Shown in pieces: positions 13,395-24,356 of a stretch of 64,000 nt of DNA (the stretch's first letter is position 1; each line of letters opens with the position of its first letter). The DNA comes from Octopus sinensis. Lineage: Eukaryota. The position numbers and the translations under genes are program-made. The stretch covers positions 71,424,001 to 71,488,000 of the forward strand of contig NC_042997.1 in assembly GCF_006345805.1 (NCBI RefSeq), written 5' to 3'. The notes under the pieces were generated by a model. It was not told the DNA's origin. It was given only the letters and a program-made list of their open reading frames with translations, and searched no databases.

Positions 13395-15790
13395 CTAACC
13401 AGTCTGAACATCTACAAGGCTGACTGGAAGTCACTTGAAAAACACATACTCCAACCAAATTGACTTCAATGTTTCTCTTTGCAAGACATTGATATGAAAC
13501 ATAAAGAATGCATGTCAACGATGCGAGCCATATGTGTTAAAGGGAAGAGAGCCAATATGTACAAACAGATCAATCCCAGAGACAGGAGAGTCCTTATGAG
13601 ATGCAGAATAAAGATCTCTAATCGCTTAAATAAACAACATAATGACAGCGAGAAATCCCTCTTTAAAGAGACCAAAAATAAACTCAAAGTCGCCCATGAA
13701 GAGAACGAGGAAGAAAGAGAAATCAGGGCGGTGGAAAATATAAGCATGAATCCTAAAGCCTTTTACAAGCCTGTGAAAAATCTGCCTCGGTGAACCACAA
13801 AATTGAAGATGGTTCACTCACTGCAAACCCCAGGGGGTTAAGTGAAGTGCTAAATAGACAATTCTAAAGTGTCTTCACCCCTCCACTGGGGAGTATGCAA
13901 ATAAGAAAGCTTGATGAGTTTTTACTGCAGATCTACATGGGAAAGAGGCAACCATCCATTACATCGACAAAAGGTGGAAGTTGTAATATCGACCATTGAT
14001 GCGATAAACTCGAACTCAGCAACTAGCCCAAATAGATTTCTGGTTGTTCTTTTAAAAACATGCAAGAAAGATTTCGCAAAACTACCGCAGATGTTTTTTC
14101 AAAGTTTTCTTGCATGTGGTAAGCTTTCCGAAATGTTAAAAGGAGATATGATATGCCCTCTCCATAAACGAGGAAGCAGAGCAGATACTAAAACTTGCAG
14201 GTCTATCTCTATGACCTCACTTGTTAGTAAGATCATGGAACGCATTGTCAGTCGTAGACGAATTTGTTCATAAACACAAAACATGGCCTCCGTCAAGGGA
14301 GAAGCTGTCTCACGTAACTACTGCAGTATTGTGACTAGGTACTGAAACAACAGCTCAACTACTCAAATGTGGTCGTGACAAGTCTCAACTTTGCAAAAGC
14401 CTTTCACAAAGTTCAGCATCGGATATATCACAAACTACGTGACCTTGGTATCGCTGGAATATTAGGAGAGTGGCTACATAACTTTTTAAAAGACAGAAGC
14501 CAGACAGTTGCATCCATTGTTGATTCCTCTGGGGAGACATCACTTCTCAGCAGAGTCCCTTCAAAGAACTGTAACTAGGACGACTAATGTTTGCACTCTC
14601 TCAAAAATGCCCTCAGTCAATCTCACCAGCTATGCTGATGATACAAAAGTGTCAAGGACCCTCATGTCTTTTTAAAACTGTAGAAAGACCTCAATACAAT
14701 GTGTATGTGGGTTGATAAAAATGACAAGAAGGTTAATGCTGAGAAGTTTCAAGCACTCCAGTATCGACCCACAAACAAACTATAATCGGAAAACACAGGA
14801 CCAGTGGATAGTGTAATTCAAGAGTCAGAGACGCTGCGTTACCAAGAATCCACATGAATAATGATACAACAATCCATGTGCATATTTCCCAGATGGCAAC
14901 ACTGTGCAGGCGAGTAGCTGAATGGACTCTTAGATGATTCAGAACTGGGAAATAGGATACCATGCTACTCCTATGGAGAACATTTGTTCTCTGTCGTCTG
15001 AATTACTGCTTCCAACTGTAGTAAACCCAAAGTGTGAAACTAGTGGCGGAAATCGAGGCAATCTAGCACCACTACACTAAGATTATTGAGGTAGAGCAAG
15101 AGATGAGCTACTAGGAGAGGCTAAAGGTACGGAAGCTCTACTTCTTAAAAAGAAGACGCGAAAGATATGCAGTTATATAGATTCTTTTATTCTTTTACTT
15201 GTTTCAATCATTTGACTGCGGCCATGCTGGAGCACCGCCTTTAGTCGAACAAATCGACACCAGAACTTATTCTTTATATATATATATATATACGACGGGC
15301 TTCATTCAGTTTCCTTCTACCAAATCCACTCACAAGGCTTTGGACGGACAGAAGTTATTGCAAAAGACACTTGCCCAAGTTCCACGCAGTGGAACTGAAC
15401 CCAGAACCATGTGGTTGGGAAGCAAGCTTCTTAGGCACTCACTGCGCCAATGGAACATTCTGGGAGATCTAACTCCCAACTTTGGAATTGGAAGCTACAC
15501 CAGCCACCAAACTTGCGACACTGAATAGTACCAAAGTTCCCGTTTTCTCCATCTAGAATAAGGAGCCAGTTCTATAACAGCTTGGATTTCAAAGGTTCTC
15601 AACTATTGAACATTCTGTCAAAGGGTTTCAGAGATTTGCGAAGTGTAGAAATGGAGGTCTTCAAAGAACATCTGGACACATTTTTATCTGAGGTAGCTGA
15701 TGAACTCATAATGCGGCAGGAGACACAAAGAAGAGCAGCTCCGTACACCTCGCTACTTCACCAGAAACCGTACAGAAAAGAAACCCAAGC
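13395..15790 (+). mobile_element. Decayed CR1-group LINE (RT and 3' region), split by a SINE
   Basis: NPKAFY, ICPLHKRGSRADTKTCRSISMTSLVSKIMERIV, LNFAKAFHKVQH, WLHNFLKDRSQTV, SYADDTKV (~14628-14650), RRRERYAVI...WNILGDLTPNFGI, FKEHLDTFLSEVADE. Multiple stops and frameshifts. Confidence 0.85.
15183..15447 (-). mobile_element. tRNA-derived SINE (family A)
   Basis: The reverse complement has a B-box-like GGTTCAGTTCC, the ttgggcaagtgtctt core and the tail ggcggtgctccagcatggccgcagtcaaatga. Same family at 26803-27467, 29905-30150 and 42625-42775. Confidence 0.8.
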
Positions 15791-16308
15791 TGGTGCCCCA
15801 ACATGGGCTCAATCTCTGGCTAAAACCAGTAAAACATATAATAAAAAAGATAAACATGCTTACTTCCATTTATGCATAATTATAAACACAAGTGGATATT
15901 GATCATAAATATTTCTGTCTAAATAGATAACACAAACTCATATTGAAGTAAACTGTACATCTAGCAAGCTATCGTTCTCTCTGCCAATACAAAGCCTCTC
16001 TCTATCTCTATTATATGTATATTGTAAGAAAGGCGGAAAGAATTTTTCCTCATCTAGAAGTGGATACAGTACTATCATTGTCCTTTATATCAAAACAAAA
16101 TTCTCATTCCTACTTCTTATCATAGTCTCTGAAGATGTTTTCTGTTTATTTGTCTTTGAAGTTGATAAAATAATAACAGGTCGTTAAGTGTGTATGTGTA
16201 TATGTGTGTAAAATAATGATAAATACATATTTGAGCTTCATTTATATTCATGCACATATATGAGTAATGCATACAACTAATATATATGCATATATGTATG
16301 TATATATA

Positions 16309-16381
<73 letters not shown>

Positions 16382-16384
16382 ATA

Positions 16385-19300
16385 CATCATGGCTCGGCTT
16401 CGCGAACGAAGATCAGGAAGGCTGTCCACGTCACGTGCATGCACGCTCATGACTGACAAGTCCAATATGGGAAAGGCAGGTCTGTGAGCAGTGTCCACAG
16501 ACGAAGGTAACATCCGGTGTGGTGTCAGAGGCGGCTCGCACCTTCCTCTTGCGTCTCTTGTCTTTAAGTGCGTCTCTTCTTTGTTCCTCAAACTTGCTGA
16601 CTGCGTTGAAGATCGTGTGGCGCCAGACATTACGGCCCGCAGCCAGGTCTGACCGTCATTGTGGTTAATATGACATGCTGTTAGAGACTTCTTGAGTCAC
16701 TCTTTGTAGCGCTTCCTCGGAGCTCCTCTCACTCGGTGGCCGGTGGAGAGTTCGCCAAACAGGGCAATCTTTGGAAGGCGGTGGTTCTCCATTCTGGAGA
16801 CATGCCCTGCCCATCGGATGTGGTACTTCAGTAGCGTAGCTTCAATGCTGGGGATCTCGGCCCGCTCCAAGACTTCAATGTTTGTGACGAAGTCACTCCA
16901 GTGAATGTTGAGGGTGGTGCGGAGACATCGCTGGTGGAAGCGCTCGAGGAGACGGATGTGACTGCGGTAAGTGATCCAGGTCTCTGAGCCGTAGAGAAGG
17001 GTGGTGAGAACCACGGCCCTGTAGACACTGATCTTTGTTTTGTTCTTCAGGCCACTTTTGTACCAAACACATTTGTACAATCTGCCAAAGGAGCTATTTG
17101 CCTTAGAAAGTCTATTGTTAATTTCCTTGTCGATCCTTGCATCGGATGAGATGATGCAGCCCAGGTATGTAAACTGCTGTGTTGATTTCAGTTCGGTACC
17201 ACAGATAGTGATGTGGGGTGGGAGGTATTCTTCTTGGGGTGTAGGTTGGTGAAGTACCTCCGTCTTCTTGAGGCTGACCTCCAGGCCAAAGAGCTGCGAG
17301 GCGTCTGCAAAGCAGGACGTGATGCGCTGCAGAGCTCGCTCTGTGTGGGCGACAAGGGCAGCGTCGTCTGCAAAGAGAAGGTCTTGAATCAACCTCTGGT
17401 GGGTCTTGGTGTGGGCTTGGAGGTGCCGTAGATTGAAGAGACTGCCATCCAGACGATACCTAACATACACACCATCCTCATCCTCCATATCTTCAGTTGC
17501 ATGCTTGATCATCATGCTGAAGAAGATGCTGAAGAGAGTCGGTGCCAGGATGCAACCCTGCTTCATGCCGTTGGAAATGGGGAAGGGCTCCGACAGGTCA
17601 GCATTGAGTCTGATCTGACCACGCTGATACTCATGCAGCTGGATCACCATCTGTAGAAACTTGGTGGGACAGCCAAGTCGTTCCAGGATGAGCCATAGTC
17701 CTGTCCTGCTCACTGTGTCAAGTGCTTTTGTAAGATCGACGAAAGTAGCATAGAGTCCCCTGTTTTGTTCTCGGCACTTCTCCTGGAGTTGGCGGAGGAC
17801 GAACACCATATCCGGTGTGCCTCTGTTGGCTCTGAAGCCACACTGGCTCTCGGGGAGGTTTTCTTCAGCGATGGTTGGTACTAGCCTATTGAGCAGGATC
17901 CTGGCAAGTACTTTGCCGGTGATGGAGAGTTGGGTGATTTCCCCGGCAGTTGGAGTAGTCAGACTTTTCACCCTTGTTCTTGTACAGGGTTATGATGACG
18001 GCGTCGCGAAGATCATGTGGCGGCTTGCTCTGATCCCAGCAGCAGACAAGAACATCATGGAGCTTGTCATGGAGCATTGGACCTCCATTCTTCCAGATTT
18101 CTGGTGGGATACCGTCAACTCCTGCTGCTTTGCGACTCTTGAGTTGTCCTATAGCTTCAATCGTTTCTTCGAGTGTGGGTGGTTTGTTGAGCTCCTCTTT
18201 GAGTGGAAGTTGAGGAATGCGAAGGATCGCAGCATCCTGTACGGTACGGTTAGCACTGAAGAGGCTTTGGAAGTGCTCGGACCAGCGAGCGAGGATGGAT
18301 GTGTTATCGGTGAGGAGGTCCTGCCCATCTGAACTGCGTAGGGGACTCTGGACCAGGTGGGTGGGGCCATACACTGCTTTCAGAGCCTCATAGAAGCCTC
18401 TATAGTCTCTGAAGTCAGCGCACAGCTGGGCTCTCCGCGCCAGGTGGTCCCAACCACTCGTTCTGCATTTCTCTGAGTTTTCGCTGCAGGGTGCTGCATG
18501 CGCGCCGAAAGGCAGTTTTCTTCACAAGACAGGCTGGTTGTGCGAGGTGGGCCTGATGAACTTCCCTCTTCCTTGCTAGTAATTCATGGATCTCCTTGTC
18601 ATTTTCATTGAACCAGTCTTTGTTTTTTTTCTTTGTGTGCCCAAGAACTTCCATAGATGTCTTAAGGATGGCTGATTTCAGGTTCTCCAACAAGGTGTCT
18701 AGGGTGGTGTCATCAGTGCAGGGGTATTCGTCTAGTCTTTGCTGCAGGTTTGCTTGGAACTTGATTTTCACTTCCTCCCGGCACAAGCTGTCGACATTGA
18801 GTTTCTTTATGGGGTTACCTTTCTTCTTGGGTTTGGGTTTGAACTGCAGTTTGAAACTGCAGTTTCCAAGCCTCAGAGTCCTTCCCAACTCTTGCGTTGA
18901 AGTCGCCAAGGATCAGGATCTTGTCGTTTGCAGGGGTGTTGTTCAAGAGTCTGCGCAGATCAGAATAGAAGCTGTCTTTGTCTGCAGGATCTGCCAGTAG
19001 AGTTGGAGCGTAAACACTGAAGAGAGTGAGATGTTGTTTGCTCTCTAGTGGTAGGCGCATGGATATGATGCGGTCCGAGTGGCCCGTGGGTAACGTTTCC
19101 AGTTTGGAGGTGATGGAATTCCTCACCATGAGTCCTACACCCGACACACGTTTTTCAGATGATGGTTTTCCGGACCAGAAGAGGGTTTAGCCTGCGCCGC
19201 GTTCTTTGAGGCTGCCCTCGTCAGCGAACGGACCTCGCTGAGAGTGGCTATGTCAATGTTGAGACGGGAGAGTTCATGGGCTATGAGAGCCGAACGACGT

Positions 19301-19995
19301 TCCGGGCGGCTGCTGTCAGCCTTGTCAAGCATGGTCCTGACATTCCAGCAGGCAACTTTCAGCTCCTGTTTACTTTTCTTCAGTTTTTTCCATGTTTGTT
19401 CGAACGCTCTGAAGATGCCCGTTGACCGCGGTTAGCCAACTGGGTATAGAGGAGACGAGTTTTGTTTAGGCGAACCTTTTCTACCGCCCCTCTCCATGTG
19501 GAGCAGGCAGTGCTCTCCCTAAATAGGGCTGCCTGGTCGCTCAGGATGCTGCCGAGTGGTGTCGTCGCCTCCGGGTCGACAACCAGGCGACTAAAGTCCT
19601 GAGCCGCCTATATGTAGGGTTGAGACTACGGCTTCCAGTGACATCTTCCACCTGCCGCTTTCGCCCCTTTCCCATCGCTGCAGGGCTTTTAGGATGACTG
19701 GTCACAGAACGTGGACATGTCCTTTGGCCTGCGCTAGGGAGTTTTTTAAGGTGAAGTGCAGTGCGCGAAAACTGGCCCCACTCTTTAAGCACGAGGTTCA
19801 TCTTCCATGGCCTAGCGAGCTGAGACGGTGACAGCGAGATCCTCGGGCCGTAGGTTTGAAGTCGGAGTTATCCTCTCCTAGGAGGGTTGCCAACTATGGC
19901 TGACGAGCCCCTCCTGCCCATGTCATCCAAACCATGGCGAAAGAGAGAAAAGAATCCATGGTTTTCAGTAGGCGTATACTACCCGGTTGCCTAGG
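16385..19995 (-). mobile_element. Near full-length RTE-clade LINE (APE endonuclease + RT + C-terminal Zn finger), frameshifted
   Basis: LKVACWNVRTML..LNIDIATLSEVR, SVYAPTL, ILGDFNARVG (EN); QCGFRANRGT, FVDLTKALDTV, GMKQGCILAPTLF, LLFADDAAL (RT); FVCGHCSQTCLSHIGLVSHERAC at 16438-16506. 3' end cttcgttcgcgaagccgagccATGATG runs into (TA)n; ~600 bp GC-rich 5' UTR. Confidence 0.95.
16697..17971 (-). pseudogene. RTE reverse transcriptase domain (424-aa open segment of a disrupted ORF)
   Basis: Complete RT motif set including FADD; joined to upstream segments 17886..18374, 18415..18909, 18815..19147 and 19135..19332 only through frameshifts. Confidence 0.92.
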
Positions 19996-20529
19996 CTAGG
20001 TTAGTGCTAGAAGGATCGTAACACCCAACACCCAAATACTCAATTTTCTAAATGTTCTTCCTATTCAACCTTTTTCCACGCCTGTTGACTCGCACAGTGT
20101 TCATGGCACCAATCATACACAAAAGTATACATATGTATGTATATATGTGTGTGTGCGTGCGTATATATATATGCATAAATGAATGTATGAATGTATACCT
20201 ATACATATATATTGGATTGCGTATGCCCACTGCAGGACGAAGGCCTCAAACATCTTCTCTACACCAACCACGGTCTGCTGTGAGAGGCGTGATTTTCAGC
20301 TTAAGATCATACTGATTTGATGAGCCTTCTCTTCCGCATTGGCTCGACATGGGTTGGCAGAGGAGGTGCAGTTCTTATACTCTTACCCAAATGTCGATTG
20401 TGTGTGTGTATGTGTGTGAGCATTATTTTTGAGCCCCATGAACATCATTTTAGTGAGAACACGGAGAAATTCTGCTTGCCTGTGCTCTTTGCGTGTCATT
20501 CATATATATATATATATATATACAAGAAT

Positions 20530-20841
20530 AAGATCGATATTTAAATACCGATTTGATCAGATGGCAAGCATTGAAATAAAATCCTTCGAAGGTAATAATT
20601 ATTTAAAATTATAATTTAGGGTAACTAAGAGATACCACCACGCTGGAAATAGCAGTCAAAACTTGACTCTAAAACCACATTAAATGTTCATACAGCACCA
20701 GGAGAGAAGACAATGAGACAAAATAATCTAGCAAAAAAATTACTGGATAATTCCAGATCTCGGATTTCTGGCTCTGCATAAGAAATGCTCTGCCTTCATC
20801 AGTGGAACATACTCAGAAAGCACATAAATACAAATATATAT

Positions 20842-20872
<31 letters not shown>

Positions 20873-21070
20873 GCATGTATGCACACGACCAGTTTGTGAG
20901 CTATTCAAGAACACACCAAAACCGTTAGTTTCACGACAACATTTAAATTTAATTTGTGTCAAATTATTTTCGTCGCTTTGAAGCCGCGACCTGTTCACTG
21001 ACAAAACTTCACTAAAGTGATCCAGCACGAAGTTTTATCGGTGAACAGGTCACGGTTTCAAACCAATGGT
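20530..21070. repeat. Short non-autonomous repeat units flanking (TA)n (PLE pLTR-like)
   Basis: 20635-20690 resembles the reverse complement of 28600-28670; 20890-21065 resembles the foldback at 31697-32079; contains the hammerhead at 20751. Confidence 0.45.
20751..20807 (-). ncRNA. Type I hammerhead ribozyme motif (A.A mismatch at base of stem II)
   Basis: Minus strand: TTCCA-CTGATGA-AGGC..(gcat/atgc)..GCCA-GAA-ATC cga GAT-C-TGGAA. Stem I 5 bp, stem III 3 bp, cleavage triplet AUC. Confidence 0.65.
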
Positions 21071-21196
21071 GGAGGTAAAAATTTAGATTACAACTTACTT
21101 TGTTGTTTTTCTTCCATCAGTGGACCCCGCGTGATTACTTCGGCATCATCATTCCATAAAATGTGTTTAATGGGAGGAAAAAATTTTTAAAAACAT

Positions 21197-22730
21197 CAGT
21201 ACATGTGAGAAGGAAAAGGGAAAATGGCCAAAATCGGTCCGGATAGTTACTATTGTAAGGCTTATAGTGTTAAGAGAAAAATAATATGGCAACACAGGAA
21301 GAGGTAGAAAAGTGCCTAGAGGAGATTGAAGACAAGAGGTAGAAGGTACGGCACAGTAGTGGTCACTTTCGCCTCCAAAAAAGGAGGCAAGCGAGTACTC
21401 CGCTGTGCCGTTACATTCGGACGAGTGGACCCTCCTGCTTACATACCTGAGCAAGCGCGTTGTCAGAGTTAGGGTAGGCAGGATTCCGCCTGAAATGGAA
21501 CCCAAGTGGGTGATTGCGGCGATACTTGCCTTTGGAAACGAAGAAGATGAGAGCACTAGCATCCTCCAGATAACCCAGACCCAACAAATAAATTGACGGG
21601 GTTACGAGCTGCAGATGTTTTCGAGTCAACCAAACAGAATATGCTGGAATACCGGAGTCAATAGAACTACCAAATGAGGTAAAATTGGAAGTAATATTGG
21701 ATGGAAGGCTCCCTACCTGCTATTTTTGTGAGGAGAGGGGACACATAAAATAAAGGTGTCCCCAACAAGTGAAGGAGGTCCCCGAGATAGAAGCACATGT
21801 ATGCGCAATGGAATTAGAGCAAGAGACCCGAGACGAAGAACAGGACACAAAGTTTACAGACGTAAGAACAAGAAAGAGAGAAAGGAGGAATACACCGCCC
21901 AAGGAGGAACTACAGCAAAAGAAACATAAGACACAGGAAGAAGCGTACCCATTAAGACAAGCAACAACGAGCAGAAGCAACACGCCCATAGCTTCATCAA
22001 AAAAAAAGAAGAAAAAACATCACAAGCAGAACGGAATCACCAAGCAAACACACAGACGTACAGACACACAAACACACAGACACACAGACACACAAACATG
22101 CAGACACACAAACGCAGAGACGCACAGACACACAGACACACAAACACACAGACACACAAACACACAGACACAAAAACACACAGACACACAAAATGCACAA
22201 CAGGATGAGAACACATATAGAAACAGGATATACTTAGTAACATATTGCACAAATCAGAAAATCGAAAGAAAAATTACAAAAAGGGAAATTTATTACAAGT
22301 GTAAAATTAACAGAGGGTTATGATAAAGACATGATGCGTATTTTGATAAATGAAGAAAGATACAAAACACTAAAAGAAGCATTTCCATCAGATGTGAATC
22401 CACTGAGAAATGAACCCCGCACCCCAGTAGTAGAATATGACGAGATAAAGAAAGACATCAAGTGGTAAGTAGAAGAATTATTGAGAATTAACTTTTAGGG
22501 AAAACAGAAAACTGAATGAACAATGAACGTTTTAAAAGAAAAAGAAAAGAAAGATTAGTGAAACATTTTTGAATTAATTGTAGAAATGTAACCATCCCGG
22601 AGTGGGACCGAGGTGGCCTCTCATCTTCATTTGTACAAACCCATATCATTCATCTTCATATGTTATATATCTCCACATGTCCTGTATTGTCCCCTCTATG
22701 TTGGCCCCTTGTGGGCAATAAAGAAAGAAA
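21197..22730 (+). mobile_element. ORF1(gag)-only Tx1-related unit 1 (decayed, 5' part missing)
   Basis: LLTYLSKRVVRVRVGRIPPEMEPKWVIAAIL; zinc knuckle GRLPTCYFCEERGHIK*RC (21718-21760); no EN/RT; ends in cccctctatgttggccccttgtgggcaataaagaaa. Confidence 0.75.
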
Positions 22731-22743
22731 TTTCGTCGAACAT

Positions 22744-24343
22744 TTGGCGAGCTAAAGTTTGATTGTTGTTTAAAATTACTGTTGCTTGAATTGTTGGTTG
22801 TTTTGTGTTGTATTGCAGCGGTTTTCTGGTTGTGTTTTCTCTCTGTATTTAAGGAGAGATAGCCATGGCAGTGGCAAAAAGTAAGTTTTATTCGGACCTT
22901 AGTGGTTCTGAATTCTCCTCTTCGAAAGAGAAGCTGGTACTAGCAGTCGACGGGAAGAAAAGCTTTGCAGAAGTGACAGAAGTCAAAAACAAAAAAAGAG
23001 GTAGGCCTATCAAATATTGAAAACTATGAAAAATGGCATTTAGAGTAGGTGGTGACGTTAAGCTGTCACCACCCCAAAAGATAACGGGGAAAATAGACAA
23101 GAAGACCGTAATATACAAGGTGTATTCAGTGAAGGAAAAGAAAATAGAACATGTAGAAGCTTGTGCTTAGTCTGGTAAGACATAACATATCTGGCCAGAG
23201 GAAATAAATTCGGAACTATTATAGTCCCTTTCAAGACGGAAGACAAAGCAAAGGAACACGCCATAAACACTGTAAAATCAGATAAAGTAGTCCTTCTACC
23301 CACTTATTCGGGAAGGACTTCCAGGATTAGGATGGAAGGAATCCCACCGGAAATAGATGTGGCGTGGGTTGTGGCGGCTGTTCTTCTGGGAAGTAAGAAA
23401 GAAATAGCCGTCCTCCAAGTCACAAAAACAGAAAATTCGATTTTGAAAGGCCAAACAATGGATTTGATTATACAGGCTACAGTGGAAACACTGGAAAATT
23501 TGGTGGAAACGATATCAATCGGAAATGTAGTGTTGAGAGTGTGGGTGGAAGGCAGAACCCTCTCTTGGTTTTAATTGTTGCCAAAAAGGTCACATTAGAG
23601 CACACTGCCCTCTACGGAAGCAGAGAAATTGAGAAGAAATTGAAAAGGAGCCGGAGAAGGAACGAAAAATGAAGAACAGTGGACAGTAGCCGAATGGAGA
23701 AAAGGATGAGGAAGAAAAGACAGTGAAGTAGAACCCCAGACCATATCCACCCTACCCATACCCTCTCAGATCCCACCCTCCCCCTACAAACGCCAAATCC
23801 ACCCATTCCTCTCCTACACAAAGGAAAAAGGGAAAACAGACGCACCAGGATATACAAAACTCCCCTTCCATTGATAATTGTTATGTATGTATGATGACGG
23901 AAGAGGTAGATAAGGAACTACTTAACAATGGAAAACGGCTAAATTTATTTATGTTGAAGGGCGGACTAATATAGTTGGATGGCACGCGTGTACGTTGGTC
24001 ACAGAAAGCCAAAAGGAAGAAATATCGAAATTCAAGCAAGGATATAAATGCTGGAGGGTGATTGCGGACTTAAAAACGATACCAGAAAATGTGAGATACG
24101 GAGAGCTAACAGAGAAATATGGTGTAGATATTTTGAAAGACTCGCAATTCAAATGATAAAAGGAAGTGATGCTGCTTGAAGTAGGGCAAGTAGCACATTT
24201 TCATTATCATTTTATTGTGTCATTCATGCTATCATACGTTTAATTTTATTTTTCATTTTATTTATTTTTTTATGTTATGTGTCCCCATATGTGTTTGTAT
24301 TGTCCCCTCCATGTTGACCCCTTGTGGGTAATAAAGAAAGGAA
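22744..24343 (+). mobile_element. ORF1(gag)-only Tx1-related unit 2 (decayed)
   Basis: ATG 22865 MAVAKSKFYSDL..GKKSFAEVT (compare MATK..KWYSNL..GKESFANIT at 62755); LLPTYSGRTSRIRMEGIPPEIDVAWVVAAVL; frameshifted knuckle ..FNCCQKGHIRAHC (~23566-23610); no EN/RT; same 3' terminus. Confidence 0.78.
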
Positions 24344-24356
24344 TTTCTTCGAACAT

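Noticed and set aside
19400-19995. HDV-like ribozyme in the RTE 5' UTR
   Set aside because: Such ribozymes are known in RTE leaders, but I could not build a consistent P1/P1.1/P2/P3 fold by eye; it needs a covariance-model search.
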